A stretch of 64,000 nucleotides of DNA from the human T2T-CHM13v2.0 reference genome, Homo sapiens, in assembly GCF_009914755.1 (NCBI RefSeq), contig NC_060933.1, one strand, 5' to 3'. Both the position numbers and the translations under genes were made by a program. How positions within the stretch are numbered: the stretch's first letter is position 1; each line of letters starts with the position of its first letter. This document shows positions 59,101 through 64,000 of this stretch, one piece after another. A model generated the notes under the pieces. That model worked only from the letters and a program-made list of their open reading frames with translations. It searched no databases and was not told where the DNA came from.

Positions 59101-59828
59101 TTAATTGATTTATCTCAGCATGGGTTGGATGTTCCTATTCCTTTTCTTAAATGATCAGATTTTTTGGTTTGCAGACGTGAATTTTACATTTTTGATGAAT
59201 GAATGTTTTTGTATTATTACAAATGTTATTGATTTTAATTATTGGATACAGCTTACTTTTAAATAGGCTGATCATTTTAGATTTTACTATTATGATACGT
59301 TAGTCAAGGAAGACAGCAAAGCTCTGTCTGGGGCTAATTATTCTTCATTACTAGAAGACTTTCTTGAATATTCTACCAAATGTCCTTTGAATCTTGAAGT
59401 TTTCCAGTATGGCTATGGGAACAATCAGTATCCCTGTATGGATGCCGTTCATTGTACTCTATATTATTTGGGAGTTTTCTTTTTTCTGGCCTCACGTATG
59501 TACTGTTAATACTGTGCTTAATGTTTGAGGGGTGTCATTGCAGATCTGTGGAGTTCTCTCTCAGTGTAGCTCTCTCTTACTCATTTCTGCCAAGTCTATC
59601 CACCTTGGTCTTCTTACATCTCAGCACTGTATTCTTAACTCAAGGAGCTCTCTTGGATCTCCCTGGATTCCGCAGCCTGCATTGATGCCTGGCTACTCTT
59701 TTCAGGCAGTGTCCTTAGTTAAAATATGGCTCACATTGATTTTGTTTGTTTCTTATTTCTTAGCAATCACTGTTTTTCACTGCTGGAAATCTGTAACTGG
59801 AAAAAATCAGTGTTTTAAATATTTTGTC

Positions 59829-60419
59829 TGTTTTTCTTTTTTTTTATTATTATACTTTAAGTTCTAGGGTACCTGTGCACAGCGTGCAAGTTTGTTACAT
59901 ATGTATACATGTGCCATGTTGGTGTGCTACACCCAACAACTCGTCATTTACATTAGGTATATCTCCTAATGCTATCCCTCCCCCCTCTCCCCACCCCACA
60001 AGAGGCCCCAGTGTGTGATGTTCCCCTTCCTGTGTCTAAGTGTTCTCATTGTTCAATTCCCACCTATGAGTGAGAACATGCGGTGTTTCGTTTTTTGTCC
60101 TTGCCATAGTTTGCTGAGAATGATGGTTTCCAGCTTCATCCATGTCCCTACCAAGGACATGAACTCATCATTTTTTATGGCTGCGTAGTATTCCATGGTG
60201 TATATGTGCCACATTTTCTTAATCCAGTCTATCATTGATGGACATTTGGGTTGGTTCCAAGTCTTTGCTATTGTGAATAGTGCCACAATAAACATACATG
60301 TGCATGTGTCTTTATAGCAGCATGATTTATATTCCTTTGGGTGTATACCCAGTAATGGGATGGCTGGGACAAATGGTATTTCTAGTTCCTGATCCTTGAG
60401 GAATCGCCACACTGTCTTC
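59829..60419 (-). mobile_element. L1PA5-7-like 3' fragment (~0.6 kb)
   Basis: PolyT, 3'UTR and ORF2 end (ORF 60053-60421); TSD ATTTTGTC at 59821-59828 / 60420-60427. Confidence 0.92.
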
Positions 60420-61164
60420 ATTTTGTCCAGAAGGTAAACCTAATCACCATCACTCTGTCTTATCTGGAAGCTGAAATCTCATGTATAGTATTATAGTCTT
60501 TAGTCTCATTAAATTTATAATTGGGAATGTGGACCTTATTTACCTGCCTGGAGCAGGAAATCAAATTGTTATATATTTATGAAAGACTAATTAACTCTCT
60601 TTCCTACTGTGGTTATTATTTGAGTCTTCTGAAACCTTCTTTAGAGATTTGATTTATTAAGAGGAATAACCAATGAGAGGTAACAGGAAATGTTTACTGC
60701 CTTTCATGCCCTGGGCTATAAAATTATAGATTCGACACCAAGTAAAGATATATACAACCTATGACACAAGATCTGATCACAAATAATGTTTTTAATGTTT
60801 ATTGAGAGATACATCTTTTCAACAGTGATTTGTGTGAACATTGAGCACTGTTACCTCAAATATTTTTGCATAGTTCTTTGTCAGCTCTGAAATAATCTCT
60901 TCACATGCATGAACTAATCAGTATGAAGCTGAAAAATACATAGAGACCCTCTACAGAGTTATGCATATTCTTTCTGGGCATGCCTCTCTTCTGTAATATG
61001 CTGCACTGTGAACTCTAGATGCTTCGTCTGCCTACATTTCAACTCAGAGTGTCCACTCACCTTTGCCAAGATTTCCCCTTCCCATGTATTGACCTTAAGA
61101 AAATAAACTGGAGTAATTATGGAGCTCATTTCATTTGTTTCCTGTTGCTCAAGAGTAACTACCC

Positions 61165-61273
61165 TTCATAGCTAAATGGTCAATTTATTGTATATTATTT
61201 TTATATCCAATATGAAAATATTTTATATGCAATATAAAAATAATATGCAATAAATTGACCATCCAGCAATGAA
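61165..61273. repeat. AT-rich inverted repeat (31-bp core arms, 25-nt spacer)
   Basis: 61176-61206 is the reverse complement of 61232-61262 with one mismatch; an imperfect 11-bp outer extension follows. Confidence 0.93.
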
Positions 61274-63708
61274 TGTATATGTATTTATTTGGTTGTTTCA
61301 TCAGGCAGATGAAGGTAAATCTAGCCTCTATTACTTCATCATTCTGTAAAGAGGAAATCCCAGCACAGGATTTAATTATAATATCTTTATTATCATTTAG
61401 TTACTTTTTTCTAAATCCTATTTTGATAACTTGCATTTGGGCTATTTAGAAGGCTGTTTTGCTATTTTAAAATAGTTAAGAATTGTATTTTACATTTGCT
61501 TATTGATTTATATGTCAAGTACACTATGCCATGTAGGATTTTAAGATTTTAACTTGAAATTTATTGGTAATTGCATTATGGAAAAGCATATTATTTTATT
61601 TTGGTAAACAGGCCCTGTGCACTTCAAGAGAATGTGTAATTTGCACTTCCTGAGTGTCAACTAATTAATATCAATTAAATAAACTTTACTTTTTTTTAAT
61701 ATCATCTATACACTAGCAATTGTTTAATTGCTTTATCAATTAATGGGAGAATTGTATTAACGTGTGGATCTGTGTTTATAACTTGGTAAACTCTTGGTTT
61801 ATATGTTTAAATCTTGTTATTCAATGTACAATAACATTTTAAGATTAATATCTTAGGATTCATTTATATATTTAGTATATAAATTAGTTTTTTATCATTA
61901 TGAAATATCTGGTGGTATTTTATCCTTCCTTTTTTACAGTAAATTTTTATTCTTCGTATTTTTACCCTTTATGCACACATATATTTAAAGTATGTCACTT
62001 TCAAGAGGGATGTAATTTTACTTTTTAACCAGTCTAACAATCACAAGCTTTTAACGGAAGGATTTCATTCATTCATATTTACTGTAACTATTAACATATA
62101 GAGATGAAATTCTACCATTTTATTAAATGATTTATATTTGTACCACCTTGTTTTCACATTTTTAAATTTTTTAGATTAAAAAAGCATTTTAATATTTTTA
62201 ATATTAAATTTTAATGTTTTTTTATTTTAATATTTCTTCCATTTCTCCATTATCATTTGCATATTTATTTCTTATTGTTATGTCACTTTCATATATTTTT
62301 GACTTGTAAGAGTCTATCTTGACTATGTAGTTTAATTACCTCAGAAAATGCAAGGATTTTCCTAAGCAATACTGCTTAACATCTTTTTCAGAGGTAAAGC
62401 CATTTATTGATAGATAAAACAAGATAGAGACATAATTGTACAATACCGAATTGTTTCCATGTTGGAGTTTCCAACTTTACGCATGTACAGTCACGCCACA
62501 TTTTTTTATCTCAACAGATGATACCCCAATTTTTTCTGCTTTACTGCTTTTAGAGATAAATAATTTTATGTTATTTCCAAAATTAAAGTGTCCCAAATTT
62601 ATAAAAAGTTCCAACCCTGAAGGAGGTGCCACATTATCAATGAAAAGATCTGTGATTACTGTGTTGTAGAGATGAATCTTGTCTGGACTTTAAATAATAA
62701 TAGATAAGTTTTTGCAAAAAGAAATACTAGTAAGTAAAAGTGATAGTAACAATAACCACAATATGAGCTTGCAAATATTTTTGAAGTAGAAAGTAAGAAT
62801 TATTTGGAGAATAGAAAATGTTACTGAAAAGTTGTTATATAGGTGAATTGTTAGAGGCTTCAAATAATATATAAAAATGCAATTTATGGAACATTTAGTA
62901 GGTACTCATGTAAGAATTATGAACAAAAATGTGTGCACACATTTATTTTTTAATAGACAGTAATCTAGGAATTTACTACTATACTTTAAAGTCAAGTAAT
63001 GAAAGATTAAACTAAAGAAGTAAAATGAAAAGCAAGACTTGTCATTTGAAAGAATGATGAACATTTATTTATTGGAAGGATAAAACGTAGCCCAATGGAG
63101 TAGTCTGTTGTGATTTCAAAGTTTTACACTCAAGTTAATGGTAATTAGACAAGAAGCATAAAAGAAAAAGTCAATTTGTGGGGAGAGGAAACTAAATTTT
63201 AATTTGCACATGTATAATTTTAAATTTCAATCATTGATGTAAATGATGGTTTCAAGCAAGTTTTTGGATAAACAAGTCTGAAGAGATTATAAAAGGAACC
63301 AGTTGTGATGAATTCACCACTGAAGCTATGAATGGTTATATGGAATTACTGTGGGTGGAAAAACTAGATAAATTTTTTTTAGAATTTAGGAAGAAGTACC
63401 AGAAAAGATGACTCAAAACTATCAGAAAAGAAAAGCAGCAAGAATAGTGGCTTCCAGAAAAATGCATTTTTGATCATTTCATTAGCATTCTGTCTCTTAG
63501 AATGTTAATGTTGTCATATAAATTATTTTGGCATATGTGGTTAGTGCTAATTTGAAAAAATCTGTGATGCTACTTATAAAAGCATAATTTGATTAGATTA
63601 AGAAATAATGTTTTTGTTGCATAGTATTTCCACTTGTTTGATCAGATTATCATTACCTATTAAGCAAACTGTAATATAGAAAACTACACCATGGGAACGT
63701 TTGAGTAA

Positions 63709-64000
<292 letters not shown>

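Larger units (their letters stand above)
55505..62350 (-). mobile_element. Array of ancient, highly degenerate L1M/L1ME fragments, antisense
   Basis: T-rich degenerate antisense ORF2/ORF1-like sequence (e.g. ORF 56620-56802 ICIQHCTEG); host to an AluJ and a short L1PA. Confidence 0.6.

Overview
Primate (human or great-ape-like) AT-rich genomic DNA dominated by transposable elements. It carries L1 copies of many ages (L1M/L1PB/L1PA), about a dozen Alus, a full-length Hsmar1 mariner fossil, Tigger fragments, a complete THE1-type MaLR provirus, nested MER4 LTRs and a MER34-like solo LTR. Almost every long ORF in the track is an L1 ORF2, Alu, THE1 or mariner remnant; I recognise no intact protein-coding gene. 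The one clear functional landmark is a CpG-island promoter at ~33.25-34.2 kb. It has clustered E-boxes, E2F, CCAAT and GC boxes, and a minus-strand candidate first exon (ATG, 26 codons, ACG|GTGAGT donor), plus several plus-strand donors, suggesting a possibly bidirectional, germline-type promoter. The most unusual structures are: (i) a tandem L1-in-L1 composite with a twin-priming inversion, whose two copies share a 188-bp near-identical tract carrying the same RT-inactivating mutations (non-allelic gene conversion); (ii) a ~110-bp fold-back hairpin with a 31-bp stem at 61.2 kb; (iii) a 446-bp orphan sequence inserted into an L1 with a 20-bp target duplication; (iv) several atypical L1 integrations. 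Subfamily calls are from memory of consensus diagnostics, not from a search.
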